NCBI GenBank assembly: GCA_041678625.1
Contig: JBAYNS010000001.1
Coordinates: forward strand, 1-41,616
Direction of reading: 5' to 3'
DNA: 41,616 nucleotides
From: Candidatus Peribacteraceae bacterium
Lineage (GTDB): Bacteria; Patescibacteriota; Gracilibacteria; Peribacterales; Peribacteraceae
The position numbers and the translations under genes are program-made. The notes under the pieces were generated by a model. It ran no database searches, was not told the DNA's origin, and worked only from the letters and a program-made list of their open reading frames with translations. Shown here piece after piece: positions 16,767-26,767 of the stretch. Positions within the stretch are counted from its first letter, which is position 1; every line of letters starts with the position of its first letter.

Positions 16767-19382
16767 TTATGCAGCCGATGAGGCGATCGATGCCTCTTTG
16801 CGACTGCTGCGTGGTGTGTGCTTCTCCTTCTTCTCTCCGCGCAGAAAATCCAGACCATCTTCCCCCTTGCGAACGATTTTGATCGTGTCGCCTTCCTGGA
16901 AAATACCCTTCAGGATATGTTCGGCAATCTCATCTTCCACCATGCTTTGGATGGTACGTCGCACCGGGCGCGCGCCGTATTCCGGATCGAATCCCTTCTT
17001 CCCCAGCAGGCTGATAGCTTTTGCATCTGTCTCCACGGTGTATCCTTGTTTCTTGAGGCGTTGCTCCAGCTCATGCATGTGAATCAGCACGATCTTGCGA
17101 ATGTCTTCCTGTGTGAGGGCATTGAAGACGATGATGTTATCAATGCGGTTGAGAAACTCCGGTCTCAGTGTGTTTTTGAGTTCCTGGATTACTTCCTGTG
17201 ATTTTTCCTCGTAGGCCATCTCTTCCGCTTCCGCTTCGCTATGCACCCGGAAGCCAATCTTGGCAGCCTGCTTGGTGAGTTTTTCCGCTCCGATATTACT
17301 GGTCATGATGATGATCGTATTCGTGAAGTCGACTTTTTTGCCCTGCCCATCTGTGAGCGTTCCATCTTCCAGAATTTGCAGGAGAATATTGAAGAATTCC
17401 GGGTGCGCTTTCTCCACCTCGTCGAAGAGAATTACAGAATACGGCTTACGACGCACGGCTTCTGTGAGCTGGCCGCCTTCCTCATATCCCACATATCCCG
17501 CCGTTGTACCAATGAGACGAGAAACGTTATGTCGTTCCATGAATTCGGACATATCGATTTTGATGAGCGAATCTTCCTTGCCGTAAATTTCCGATGCAAT
17601 AGTGCGCACAAGTTCAGTCTTGCCGACGCCGGTGGGTCCCAAAAACAAAAAGGAACCAATCGGGCGACGCTGATCGCTGATTCCCACACGACTTCTGCGG
17701 ATGGCGCGCGCCACTTTTTTGATTGCCTCGTCCTGTCCGACTACTTTTTTACGCAGGACGAGCTCCAGATTTTGCAGGCGCTTGCGCTCCGAACTCATGA
17801 GTTTGGTTACAGGAATTCCGGTCATACGGGCTACGCCTTCCGCGATATCATCCTCCGTAATCTGCATTGGTGAGCGCTTGTCTCCATCTTCCTGGCTACG
17901 CAGCTGGTCGAGTGTCTCCTGCAGCACTTGTTGTTCTTGTTTCAGCTTAAGAGCAATGTGGTACTTCTGTTCCCGTACTGCTTCCTGTTGCTTAAGAATC
18001 AGCTTTTCCAACTTCTCTTCCGATTTCTTAATCTCCGGAGATTGATCAACGCGTTGCAGGCTTTTCTTTGCTGCAGCTTCATCAAGGACATCAATTGCTT
18101 TGTCTGGCAGATATCGATCGGCAACATATCGCTTGCTCAGATTGACAGCGGCTTCGATTGCACCATCGGTAATGACAAGACTGTGGAATTCCTCGTAACT
18201 CTGGCGTAGACCTTGCAGAATCTTGATTGCATTTTCTGGAGACGGTTCCTCTATGAGGATAGATTGGAAGCGCCGTTCCAGTGCGCGGTCTTTTTCAATC
18301 GTACGGAATTCATCGATGGTGGTTGCTCCGATAACCTGGATGGATCCGCGGCTCAGAGCGGGTTTGAGGATATTGGCGGCATCCAGAGAACCTTCTGCCG
18401 ATCCGGCACCAACTACGGTGTGCAGTTCATCGATAAAGAGAATAATTTCATTCTCACATTGGAGCGCCTCCTTAATCAGGTCATCGAATCGCTGTTCGAA
18501 CTCTCCGCGGTACTTGGTTCCGGCAACCAGCGATCCCATGTTCAGAATTAAGACCCGCTTGTTTCGCAGGGTATTGGGAACGGCTCCTGCAGCAATGCGC
18601 TGTGCCAGACCTTCAACAATGGCGGTTTTACCAACGCCCGGCTCGCCGATGAGAACGGGGTTGTTCTTTGTCTTGCGGTTGAGAATGTGTACGATGCGTT
18701 CGATTTCTTCGTTGCGACCGATGATCGGATCCATTTTCCCTTCCTTTACCCTGGCTACCAGATCGTCGGTAAAGTAATCCAGCACCGGTGTTTTACTCTT
18801 TCCATCGGCTCGTTGTCTCTTCAGTCCTTCGGGTTCCAGGAGCATGCCATTACCCTGCATGCCGACAATGGCTCCTTGTAATCCCTGGAAAAAGGATTCC
18901 AGCGATTGCTCCATGTTTCGATTCTGCTGTTTGAATTGATTGATCTGTCCGAACATTTCTTCCACGTGTGTCTTGAGATCTTCCGGATCCACCTGCATCT
19001 GTTCCAAGATTGCCGTCGCTGTATTTTTTCCGGAAGAGACGAGTGAGTGTAGCAGGTGCTCGGTGCCGACGTTCGCATGTCGGAACTTATGCGCGGTGAT
19101 CACGCTCTGTTCAATAACATTGTGAAGGTATTGCGATAAACCGTGTTTTATCTGTTTTGCCTCAATATCTTGTTCCTTCATGGCTTTCAGCAGAATGCGG
19201 ACATTCTCCTGTGTCACTCCTGCTCCTGTAAAAATAGAGAACCCCAAAGATTTGGGGATACTCAAAAGTCCCAAGAGCAAATGCTCCGTACCAATGTAGC
19301 TGGATTTCATATTTTTAGCCTCTTGCTCTGCGATCTGCAGAGAGAGTTTGGCATTGGGCGTGAAGCGATCGAATGGGTGCAT
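16767..19382 (-). CDS. clpC: ATP-dependent Clp protease ATP-binding subunit ClpC (class I AAA+, two NBDs)
   Basis: Clp_N repeats (YIGTEHLLLGLL and NVGTEHLLHSL), Walker A motifs GEPGVGKTAIVEGLA and GPTGVGKTELVRTIA, and a short (~70 aa) middle domain of ClpC type. Confidence 0.9.
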   Translation of the reverse strand: MHPFDRFTPNAKLSLQIAEQEAKNMKSSYIGTEHLLLGLLSIPKSLGFSIFTGAGVTQENVRILLKAMKEQDIEAKQIKHGLSQYLHNVIEQSVITAHKFRHANVGTEHLLHSLVSSGKNTATAILEQMQVDPEDLKTHVEEMFGQINQFKQQNRNMEQSLESFFQGLQGAIVGMQGNGMLLEPEGLKRQRADGKSKTPVLDYFTDDLVARVKEGKMDPIIGRNEEIERIVHILNRKTKNNPVLIGEPGVGKTAIVEGLAQRIAAGAVPNTLRNKRVLILNMGSLVAGTKYRGEFEQRFDDLIKEALQCENEIILFIDELHTVVGAGSAEGSLDAANILKPALSRGSIQVIGATTIDEFRTIEKDRALERRFQSILIEEPSPENAIKILQGLRQSYEEFHSLVITDGAIEAAVNLSKRYVADRYLPDKAIDVLDEAAAKKSLQRVDQSPEIKKSEEKLEKLILKQQEAVREQKYHIALKLKQEQQVLQETLDQLRSQEDGDKRSPMQITEDDIAEGVARMTGIPVTKLMSSERKRLQNLELVLRKKVVGQDEAIKKVARAIRRSRVGISDQRRPIGSFLFLGPTGVGKTELVRTIASEIYGKEDSLIKIDMSEFMERHNVSRLIGTTAGYVGYEEGGQLTEAVRRKPYSVILFDEVEKAHPEFFNILLQILEDGTLTDGQGKKVDFTNTIIIMTSNIGAEKLTKQAAKIGFRVHSEAEAEEMAYEEKSQEVIQELKNTLRPEFLNRIDNIIVFNALTQEDIRKIVLIHMHELEQRLKKQGYTVETDAKAISLLGKKGFDPEYGARPVRRTIQSMVEDEIAEHILKGIFQEGDTIKIVRKGEDGLDFLRGEKKEKHTPRSSRKEASIASSAA

Positions 19383-19424
19383 GATAGGGCTAGGGGAGAG
19401 GGTTAGGGCTAGGGTATCTCAGAG

Positions 19425-19451
19425 TTAGCAGTCTAGCATTCTGAGTGCCAA
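19425..19451. promoter_or_regulatory. CIRCE-like inverted repeat (HrcA operator) in clpC leader
   Basis: TTAGCAGTC-N9-GAGTGCCAA compared with the consensus TTAGCACTC-N9-GAGTGCTAA, 16/18 matches with exact 9-nt spacing. It lies 43-71 nt upstream of the clpC ATG. Confidence 0.6.
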
Positions 19452-19690
19452 ACTGTCGAGAGTATCAGAATACTTTAGCAAAAAAATCCTGCAGAGAAAA
19501 GGTCCTATGACAAGCAAACACAACATCCTCTATTTTAGTTGAACACTAAATTAGTTCAAACGACTGCCCTTGATCAGACGGTATTTTCTTTTGTGCTGAC
19601 AATGAAGACGAGCCACAAAAATTTCTTTGTCACACCGAGCACCATCAGATGTCTTCTGACTGGGGATCATCGAAATGTCTGCAATGAACA

Positions 19691-20929
19691 TTACTGGTGC
19701 ATCTTCTGCCAATCCTGTAAGAAGATGGTCAGAATGGTGGTGGCCGGAATTGCCAACATGATACCAATCACGGGGTGGATCGTATCGGGGAAGCTGATAC
19801 CGACCATCATGGCAAAGAGAATGGCAACGGGGGAAAGACCCACAGCCCGACGCATGATGAGCGGCACAAGAAGATTGTTCTCGCACCACTGAATGACGTA
19901 GTACACGCCGGCAACGACCAATGCCCAGATGAATCCTTGTTGGGAGAGGGCAATGATGACTGCAGGGACTGCGGCAATAAGTGGTCCAATGGCAGGAATG
20001 AATTCACAAAAGCCCGCAAGAGCTGCAAGGGTAAGCGCATAGGGCATGCGCAGAATAATGAGCGCAATCAACGTAAGTAGGAAAATGGAAAACATCAACA
20101 AGAGCTCACCGCGTGCCCACTGAGCGATTTTACTGTGCACTGCTTCCGTTTTGGAGCTTGCGTACATACGGTAGCGTTCTGGCATGAAGCTTAAGAACCA
20201 CTGTTGCATGTGCTCTTTTTCCAGTTGAATAAAGAAGCCAAAAACCAACACAATGATCAGGTTTGTAATGAATAAAGCTACAGAACCAGCAAGCTGCGCT
20301 GCAAAATACACGGATCCCTGAGCTGCAGAAGAGAGCGTCTGTCCCATCTGCGCCAGTGCGTCACTGAATTCGTTAATACTGAGATTCTGCAGCGTTGATT
20401 GTGTGAGAATTGTGAGACGCAAATTCACTTCCGGGGAAATCAGAGGAACTGCAATGCGTGGATTTGCCAAAAATGCATCGGCTTCCGAACTGATGAATGC
20501 GGCGATCTGTTGCAACTGTATGGCAATGATTGGAATGAAGGAGAACAATAGAAAGAACAATGCAAAGAGCGCCACGAGGTAATGCAGCAGGATCGCAATG
20601 CCTCGAGGTACGCCCCGTTGTTCCAATGCCTGGATGCCGGGATCCATAACGGCGGCAACAAACAGACCCAAAGAGAGAAGAATGAGCTTATCGCGGAGGT
20701 GGTAAATGGCCAAAACACCCACTGCGATACAGAGCAGTGTTAAACCTGCTTTGGCTACACTGATGATCGATAAATGCATAACAACCTCATCGCGTGCTTC
20801 TGGTTTTGGCAGTCCCACCTTCTTCTGTTGCGTCGTTACCCGCGTACGGCGCGCACGTTCCAGAATGTTCTGAGCCTTCTTGCCGACGATACGCAGTGAG
20901 GTGAATGCGGAAGATTTCTTGGTTGCCAT
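19691..20929 (-). CDS. AI-2E family transporter (PerM/UPF0118)
   Basis: About 8 TM helices and the typical C-terminal segment LAALAGFCEFIPAIGPLIAAVPAVIIAL. Confidence 0.8.
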   Translation of the reverse strand: MATKKSSAFTSLRIVGKKAQNILERARRTRVTTQQKKVGLPKPEARDEVVMHLSIISVAKAGLTLLCIAVGVLAIYHLRDKLILLSLGLFVAAVMDPGIQALEQRGVPRGIAILLHYLVALFALFFLLFSFIPIIAIQLQQIAAFISSEADAFLANPRIAVPLISPEVNLRLTILTQSTLQNLSINEFSDALAQMGQTLSSAAQGSVYFAAQLAGSVALFITNLIIVLVFGFFIQLEKEHMQQWFLSFMPERYRMYASSKTEAVHSKIAQWARGELLLMFSIFLLTLIALIILRMPYALTLAALAGFCEFIPAIGPLIAAVPAVIIALSQQGFIWALVVAGVYYVIQWCENNLLVPLIMRRAVGLSPVAILFAMMVGISFPDTIHPVIGIMLAIPATTILTIFLQDWQKMHQ

Positions 20930-20956
20930 AATGAAGAGAGGAGGGATGGGGGAATA

Positions 20957-21340
20957 TTACCCTGTACCAAGGGCACTGATGAAGAAGTCAATGATGAAGA
21001 AGGAGAGACTGGCGATAATGAATCCTATAATAGCCCACTTGAGCATATTTTTGCCCGTATCCTTGTTCCCCGTTGCCGATCCGATGGCAAAGTAGTAGCC
21101 GGCGAAAATGATTTTAATGAGAAAGAACGATCCAATGAGCACAAATGCAATGCGAATCAGGTGCTTTATGAATTCAATAATACACGATGCTTTCATGATG
21201 CCTGTTGTAAAATTGCATCCGGGGAGGCCTCCAGAAGGAATCAGTGAAGGCGCTGCCACTGCAGCCAGTGGCATTATGCAGGCGCACGCGAAGGCGATTA
21301 TTCCGTACGCGCGTACTTTTTTCTGTGCACTGTTCAACAT
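20957..21340 (-). CDS. T4SS pilin-like (TrbC/VirB2-like) small membrane protein
   Basis: Internal ATG at 21340, a signal-like N-terminus (AFACACIMPLAAVAAP), then two TM helices flanking GSATGNKDTGKNMLKW. Similar architecture to the ORFs at 36550-37909. Confidence 0.55.
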   Translation of the reverse strand: MLNSAQKKVRAYGIIAFACACIMPLAAVAAPSLIPSGGLPGCNFTTGIMKASCIIEFIKHLIRIAFVLIGSFFLIKIIFAGYYFAIGSATGNKDTGKNMLKWAIIGFIIASLSFFIIDFFISALGTG

Positions 21341-21473
21341 AGTGCTCTGTATTGTGCGCAATTTTGCGTACACTTCCGCGTGTTTTGGCTCGTCACGGGG
21401 AGAAAAATGTGGTCTTCTATTTGGGAATTGGAATAATAAAGTACCGGAAGCCGAGAGAATTTTTTCTGAACGC

Positions 21474-22478
21474 ATGAAGCATTCTGCATCATTCAACTGG
21501 CAGACGACAGAGCGTCCGATCGTTGCGCTCGCACCCATGGCTGGTGTTACCGATGCGTCGTATCGGCAAATCATCAAGCGTCTTGCACCGGAAACTATCG
21601 TGTACTCCGAGTTTCTGAGTACCGATGCCATTCACTACGGTGCACGGAAAACCATGCAGATGATGCATTTTGATCCTGATGCGGAGCGACCGTTCATTGT
21701 GCAGATATTTGGAAAAGAGCCGGAGAACTTTCTTTCGGCTGCAAAAGTCATTGAGGATATGGGGGCCGATGGCATTGATATTAATATGGGATGTCCCGCT
21801 GCACGCGTGACATCTTCCTGTCATGGTTCGGCGCTGATGCGCAATCCAGTGCTCGCAGCGGAGCTGGTTGCCGCCACCAAGCAGGCAGTGCATATTCCCG
21901 TGAGCGTAAAGACGCGTTTAGGATGGGATTCGCCGGAGGAGCTCATTCCGTTTTGTCAAAAACTCATCGAAGCCGGAGCGGATGCTCTGGCTATTCATGG
22001 GCGCACGTATCGGCAGAAGTATTCCGGCACAGCGGATTGGGAACCTATTTATGCACTAAAGAAGGAGGTTTCTGTACCGGTTATCGGGAATGGGGATATC
22101 TTCAGCGCACACGATGCTCTTGAAAAAATCGGTAATCTGGATGGTGTGATGATCGGGAGAGGGACGTTTGGAGATCCATGGCTCATGAAGGATGTGTGTG
22201 ACGCACTACGTGAGACGAAAAATGAAAAATTAAAAATGAAAAATGATTTTTTCACAAAAGAAAGGCTTAGTTTTCAGGAGAAAATTCCTCTGATTCTGGA
22301 GCACTGTGCCTTGGCTGTTCGCCTGAAAGGGGAGAAGCGCGGGATGCTCGAAATGCGCAAGCACCTGGCGAGTTACGTGAAAGGATTCGATGGTGCGCGC
22401 GATCTACGCGCGAAACTTGTGCGGGTAGAAACATTTGAAGATGTGCAATGTATTCTTCAGGAAGTGCCTCAATCGTAG
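21474..22478 (+). CDS. dus: tRNA-dihydrouridine synthase (Dus family)
   Basis: Has ALAPMAGVTD, GADGIDINMGCP, VSVKTRLGW, LAIHGRT and GNGDI. Internal ATG at 21474 avoids overlap with the pilin-like gene. Confidence 0.88.
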   Translation: MKHSASFNWQTTERPIVALAPMAGVTDASYRQIIKRLAPETIVYSEFLSTDAIHYGARKTMQMMHFDPDAERPFIVQIFGKEPENFLSAAKVIEDMGADGIDINMGCPAARVTSSCHGSALMRNPVLAAELVAATKQAVHIPVSVKTRLGWDSPEELIPFCQKLIEAGADALAIHGRTYRQKYSGTADWEPIYALKKEVSVPVIGNGDIFSAHDALEKIGNLDGVMIGRGTFGDPWLMKDVCDALRETKNEKLKMKNDFFTKERLSFQEKIPLILEHCALAVRLKGEKRGMLEMRKHLASYVKGFDGARDLRAKLVRVETFEDVQCILQEVPQS

Positions 22479-22873
22479 CGGTGGTATCCCCGGTACATTT
22501 GTGCCCAAGCACGTCTGCGAACTTCTTCTGCGGTGCAGCCTCTCTGGTGTGCGATTGCCTCCCAAACTTTTGGAGGAACATGACCAAGAGCTTCTTTGGT
22601 GTGTATAAGTGCATGGTCCATCTGTGCCGTGGGCGAACGTTGGACTGTATGATATGGTTTGGGCTTTGCGGAATGTAATTGTAGGAGCATAGCGATCATA
22701 CCGTGAATTACTTGCGCCAACGTTTTGTGTTGTATGTTTTCCGGGAGACGCAGTGCTCTTTGAACGCTGGCTCCTTCTTGTGGAAATTGTTCCGCTAAAT
22801 GTTGGCCAAGAATGATGAGCTCTTCTGGAGTACAAGAAGACGCGAGCAATGCTGGTGAACTTACAAAGGCCAC
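22469..22873 (-). CDS. hypothetical protein
   Basis: It is the only ORF filling the dus-rplA gap, and I recognise no motif. An alternative frame (22404..22835) also exists. Confidence 0.3.
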   Translation of the reverse strand: MAFVSSPALLASSCTPEELIILGQHLAEQFPQEGASVQRALRLPENIQHKTLAQVIHGMIAMLLQLHSAKPKPYHTVQRSPTAQMDHALIHTKEALGHVPPKVWEAIAHQRGCTAEEVRRRAWAQMYRGYHRYD

Positions 22874-22904
22874 TGCAGGTATATTCGCTGAAAAGTGGTG
22901 TACG

Positions 22905-23600
22905 TCAAAGTGTTATCTTGATTCCGGGTCCCATTGTGGGTGCAACAGTCACCGAAGTGATGTACACACCTTTGATTCCCGAGGGCTTGGCTTCTTTTAC
23001 GGCATTGACGAGAACTTCCATATTCTCCTTGAGTTGCTGAGGAGAGAACGAGAGTTTCCCAAAAACAGTGTGGATGATTCCCTGCTTATCCATCTTCAAT
23101 TCCACACGCCCGGCCTGGAGCTCCTTGATCGTTTTCTCGATATTCGCGGTTACGGTTCCCGCTTTAGGATTAGGCATGAGTCCGCGCTGTCCCAGAATCT
23201 TGGCGACCTTTGCAAGATCTTTCATGACGTTCGGGTGGGCGACGGCAATATCAAAGTCAATCTTCTCTGATTGAACTTCCTTAATCAAATCTTCATTCCC
23301 GGCTTTTACGGCACCAGCTTTGGTTGCTTGAGCGATCATATCGTCCGGCACGAACGCTGCAACTCGCAGTACTTTGCCTGTTCCGTGAGGGAGGGCAACG
23401 GTTGTCCGTACCAGTTGATCTGCCTGCGTCGTATCGGCGTTGATGCAGATGTGCAGCTCCGCTGATGCGTCAAATGATGTGGTCGAAAGTTGCGGCAGCA
23501 GAGCAGATGCTTCCTCAATAGTGTAGGCATCTTTCTGGATGAGCGCGGCTTTCTGTACATACTTCTTTCCGTGCTTTTTTGTGAGGACTTTTGCAGTCAT
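22905..23600 (-). CDS. rplA: 50S ribosomal protein L1
   Basis: Has KKHGKKYVQKA...FDASAELHICINAD...VRTTVALPHGTGK...VAAF..., typical of L1. Start at ATG 23600. Confidence 0.9.
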   Translation of the reverse strand: MTAKVLTKKHGKKYVQKAALIQKDAYTIEEASALLPQLSTTSFDASAELHICINADTTQADQLVRTTVALPHGTGKVLRVAAFVPDDMIAQATKAGAVKAGNEDLIKEVQSEKIDFDIAVAHPNVMKDLAKVAKILGQRGLMPNPKAGTVTANIEKTIKELQAGRVELKMDKQGIIHTVFGKLSFSPQQLKENMEVLVNAVKEAKPSGIKGVYITSVTVAPTMGPGIKITL

Positions 23601-23724
23601 GATAGTAGGGGGAACGTGGTAGGTCCTTTCGTGGACTGAGGACATGGACGTCCCACAGATGCGAGACTCCCACGAGGGCGCCATTCTGCCTCATGGCTAA
23701 TGGTACTGCAACGCAAAATCCGTA

Positions 23725-24387
23725 CTATTTCCGCTTCTTTGTTACATATTTTCTCCTGACAGTTTTCTTCACAACAGACTTCTTTGCAGGGGAAACAGCG
23801 GTTTTTACTGATACCGGCCGTGTGTGCATAGGCTTACTGTTGAAAAGTGGAGTGGGCGATCGTTCCGAACGCGTGCACCACATCAGAAGCAGTCCGTACA
23901 AAAATGCAGTGAGCGGCATGGCCCACCACTGTTCCTCGGCACTTCCAAGAATGAGCGTGAGTATCACGGATAATCCGGAGAGTATCGCTGCCAGCATACC
24001 CACCGATTTCACCGTGTAGAGGTAGATGATTGATGGGATGAGTGCGGATGCCGGCTCAAGAGCGCGAAGCCAGTGATCGTGCCACAAGAAGAGTACGCCG
24101 CCGCCGACGAAGATGACCAAGAGGGCAAGGTATGTCGGACCGGCGTACGACACTCCGGCAAACACGCTTGCGACAGTCGGCAACGCGGCAACAGTCATCA
24201 GGAGCAACCCCATACCCATCATGAGCGTGCAGTAGGTTGCCTGTGCAACCGTTCGTGCTTTGGTACCCGGACGCAGCAAACTGATGACCAGAAATGCTCC
24301 AAAGAGGAGAATAAGAACGATCGGCACAACAATTCCGTAGATGAGACCAACCGTTGAAAACATAATAGAGAGGGGACTCTCGAACAT
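23725..24387 (-). CDS. polytopic membrane protein with strongly basic C-terminal tail (hypothetical)
   Basis: About 6 TM helices and the tail AKKSVVKKTVRRKYVTKKRK. It lies between rplK and rplA. Confidence 0.55.
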   Translation of the reverse strand: MFESPLSIMFSTVGLIYGIVVPIVLILLFGAFLVISLLRPGTKARTVAQATYCTLMMGMGLLLMTVAALPTVASVFAGVSYAGPTYLALLVIFVGGGVLFLWHDHWLRALEPASALIPSIIYLYTVKSVGMLAAILSGLSVILTLILGSAEEQWWAMPLTAFLYGLLLMWCTRSERSPTPLFNSKPMHTRPVSVKTAVSPAKKSVVKKTVRRKYVTKKRK

Positions 24388-24501
24388 TGCGATATGGGGA
24401 AAGGCGGCATCAAGCCTAAATTCGATTAGCGATCAATGCACACGAAAGGCATTGCAATGTTCCTCGGTTATATTGTCGTATCGTCTGCAGAGAGATGAAA
24501 A

Positions 24502-24924
24502 TTACTCAATCGTCACTCCCATGTTTTTTGCAGTTCCTTCAATAATTTTCATTGCTGCTTCCACATCTGTTGCATTAAGGTCAGGCATTTTTGCCAGTGC
24601 AATCTCCTTGAGTTGCGCTTTGGTAAGCGAGCCAACTTTTTCTTTGTTCGGAACACCACTCCCTTTTTTAATCTTCGCTTTTTCCATGATCATGTTTGCA
24701 GCAGGGGCCTGCTTGAGTTCGAAGGTGAAACTGCGATCTTCGTAGACCGTAATGACGATAGGAACAGTTTGCCCCATGCGATCCTTGGTTTTCTCATTGA
24801 ACTTGGTGCAGAAAGCATTGATATCAATACCTGCCTGTCCGAGTACAGGTCCCAGTGGCGGTGCGGGATTGGCTTGCCCGCCTGTTGCCTGTGCCTTGAT
24901 GATCTTCATGATCTTTTTTGCCAT
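24502..24924 (-). CDS. rplK: 50S ribosomal protein L11
   Basis: [43 protein letters not shown] is a canonical L11 N-terminus. Confidence 0.93.
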   Translation of the reverse strand: MAKKIMKIIKAQATGGQANPAPPLGPVLGQAGIDINAFCTKFNEKTKDRMGQTVPIVITVYEDRSFTFELKQAPAANMIMEKAKIKKGSGVPNKEKVGSLTKAQLKEIALAKMPDLNATDVEAAMKIIEGTAKNMGVTIE

Positions 24925-25027
24925 TGAGAGCGTTTGAGAAAAGCGCAGCTACTCTACGGATTGGCTTCCGGAGTGTCAAACATTAGCTCCACGGCTTTCT
25001 GAACATTCTTTTCCCCAAAGAGAGCCC

Positions 25028-25681
25028 TTATCGGGTGAGTTCCTCAATAATGAGGAAAATGGCGTCATCGTTGTTCGGGGCAATGTGGAATTCATACAGG
25101 CGGTCGCGCACCCGCACAAAAACCAGCCGTTCTTCGCTGATGGCAGGGTCGCGGAAAGTCAGCAGATTTTGCGTTGGCCTGCCAGAGAGCTGCTTGGTCT
25201 CGTCAACAAGATCGGTGATCTGCGGGGAAAATGCACTGTGGAGCGCTTCTTTCAGCGCAAGGAAGTGCATTTTTACACGAGGAGATTCTGTCCAAGCAAT
25301 CAGACCGATACGGTCGTTATTCGCCAGAATGACTCGTGTGTGTACCGGGGTGTCGTTTGTCACAACGAGCGAGATAAGCGTGCGTTCCGTCGTCTCTTTA
25401 AAGGTGAATCCCTGCGTCATCAGTGTTTCCAGAACATTGGGTCCCTGCGCAGTTTGTACGCCTACCTGCGGTGTCTCGGTCTGTGCCCCATTGACGTCAT
25501 CATCGGCTATCACTGGCGGTTCCGGGGTTACCTGTACAGGTTCTTCCCCGGGGGAAGTATAGGTGGTGAGGACTGCATCAGCGGCCCCAAAACCCAGAAG
25601 AATAAGCAGAAGTCCAAGCGTGGTGACGGTTTTCTGTGCACTGGTCATATACGCTATTGTACCGAAAGAAGGGTCTGTCAC
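25028..25681 (-). CDS. membrane-anchored/secreted hypothetical protein
   Basis: N-terminal TM or signal anchor (TTLGLLLILLGFGAADAV). No recognised domain. An alternative start lies at 25648. Confidence 0.5.
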   Translation of the reverse strand: MTDPSFGTIAYMTSAQKTVTTLGLLLILLGFGAADAVLTTYTSPGEEPVQVTPEPPVIADDDVNGAQTETPQVGVQTAQGPNVLETLMTQGFTFKETTERTLISLVVTNDTPVHTRVILANNDRIGLIAWTESPRVKMHFLALKEALHSAFSPQITDLVDETKQLSGRPTQNLLTFRDPAISEERLVFVRVRDRLYEFHIAPNNDDAIFLIIEELTR

Positions 25682-25763
25682 CAGCCCTCCTCTCTGCTAC
25701 ACTGCATCCGTGGCTATCAAACGCACCACGACACGGCACATTGTTGAGCCGACGCAGACCGGT

Positions 25764-26753
25764 ATGGATAGCGATGTCTTGGAACAAACGCTGCGCCCCA
25801 AGCGCCTGAGCGAGTACGTTGGGCAGAGCGAAGTGAAGGGGCATGTGATCGTTCATATTGATGCTGCCAAGAAGCGTAAAGAAGCATTGGGGCACACCTT
25901 ATTTTTCGGTCCTCCGGGCTTAGGAAAAACCACGCTCGCGCACATTCTTGCGCGAGAGATGGGAGCACAGATTCGTGTGACAACGGGGCCGGCAGTCGAA
26001 AAGCCGGGAGATATCGCATCGCTTCTGACGAATTTAGAAGAAGGAGACATTCTCTTCATTGATGAGATCCATCGGTTACGGCCGACCATTGAAGAGGTGC
26101 TTTACAGTGCCATGGAGGACTTTGTGCTCGATCTGGTAATTGGCAAAGGCCCAACGGCGCGTTCCATGCGTCTGGATATCAAGCCGTTCACGCTCGTGGG
26201 AGCAACGACCAAGGCGGGTTCTATCAGCGCGCCGCTGCGCGATCGTTTTGTCCACAGTTTCAAACTGCATTTCTACACCGAAGAAGAAATGGAACAGATT
26301 GTGGAGCGCAGTGCGCGCATCCTCTCACTGCGTCTGGAAAAAGGAGCCGCCCGCAAAATTGCTCAGTGCTGCCGTTTTACGCCACGTGTGGCCAACCGGC
26401 TCGTGCGATCGATACGCGATTACGCACAGGTGGCCAACGAAGACCTAGTGACGTTCGACCGCGTAGCGGTCACTCTCGGATCTTTGGGAATTGATGACTA
26501 TGGTCTCGATCGTAGCGATCGTCTTATCCTGCAAACTATTATCGAAAAATTTGCCGGTGGGCCGGTGGGGCTCTCCACGCTTGCGGCGGCAACGGGGGAA
26601 GAAGAGCAAACGCTGGAAGACATGATTGAACCGTACTTGTTGCAGCAAGGGTACTTGCAGCGCACGCCGAAAGGGCGAACTGTTACCAGAGTTTCCTATG
26701 ATCTGCTGGGCATTCCTGTTCCCGAAGGTTCCCAGACTGCACTCTTCTCATAA
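25764..26753 (+). CDS. ruvB: Holliday junction branch-migration helicase RuvB
   Basis: LRPKRLSEYVGQ, Walker A GPPGLGKTTLA, Walker B ILFIDEIHRL, and the GATT and RTPR..NRLLRR-like segments. Confidence 0.93.
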   Translation: MDSDVLEQTLRPKRLSEYVGQSEVKGHVIVHIDAAKKRKEALGHTLFFGPPGLGKTTLAHILAREMGAQIRVTTGPAVEKPGDIASLLTNLEEGDILFIDEIHRLRPTIEEVLYSAMEDFVLDLVIGKGPTARSMRLDIKPFTLVGATTKAGSISAPLRDRFVHSFKLHFYTEEEMEQIVERSARILSLRLEKGAARKIAQCCRFTPRVANRLVRSIRDYAQVANEDLVTFDRVAVTLGSLGIDDYGLDRSDRLILQTIIEKFAGGPVGLSTLAAATGEEEQTLEDMIEPYLLQQGYLQRTPKGRTVTRVSYDLLGIPVPEGSQTALFS

Positions 26754-26767
26754 TTCCCTCATTTTCC

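Noticed and set aside
14468-19406. Long ORFs antisense to rpsA, the VirB4-like gene and clpC (for example 14468..15109 +, 15278..16030 +, 17241..17873 +, 18223..18777 +). Similar cases elsewhere are 7875..8456 + and 10018..10542 +.
   Set aside because: They are shadow ORFs opposite genes with strong motif support, and their translations are low-complexity or Arg/Ser-rich with no recognisable motifs.
19387-19414. TTAGGG/CTAGGG units resembling telomeric repeats.
   Set aside because: The tracts are short and interstitial within a gene-dense bacterial context and show no terminal position. They are treated as G4-capable heptamer repeats instead.
22404-22873. Two overlapping minus-strand ORFs in different frames (22404..22835 and 22469..22873) between dus and rplA, possibly a frameshifted gene.
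   Set aside because: Neither frame shows a recognisable motif and I found no convincing junction that would merge them. Only the longer-gap-filling ORF is kept, at low confidence.
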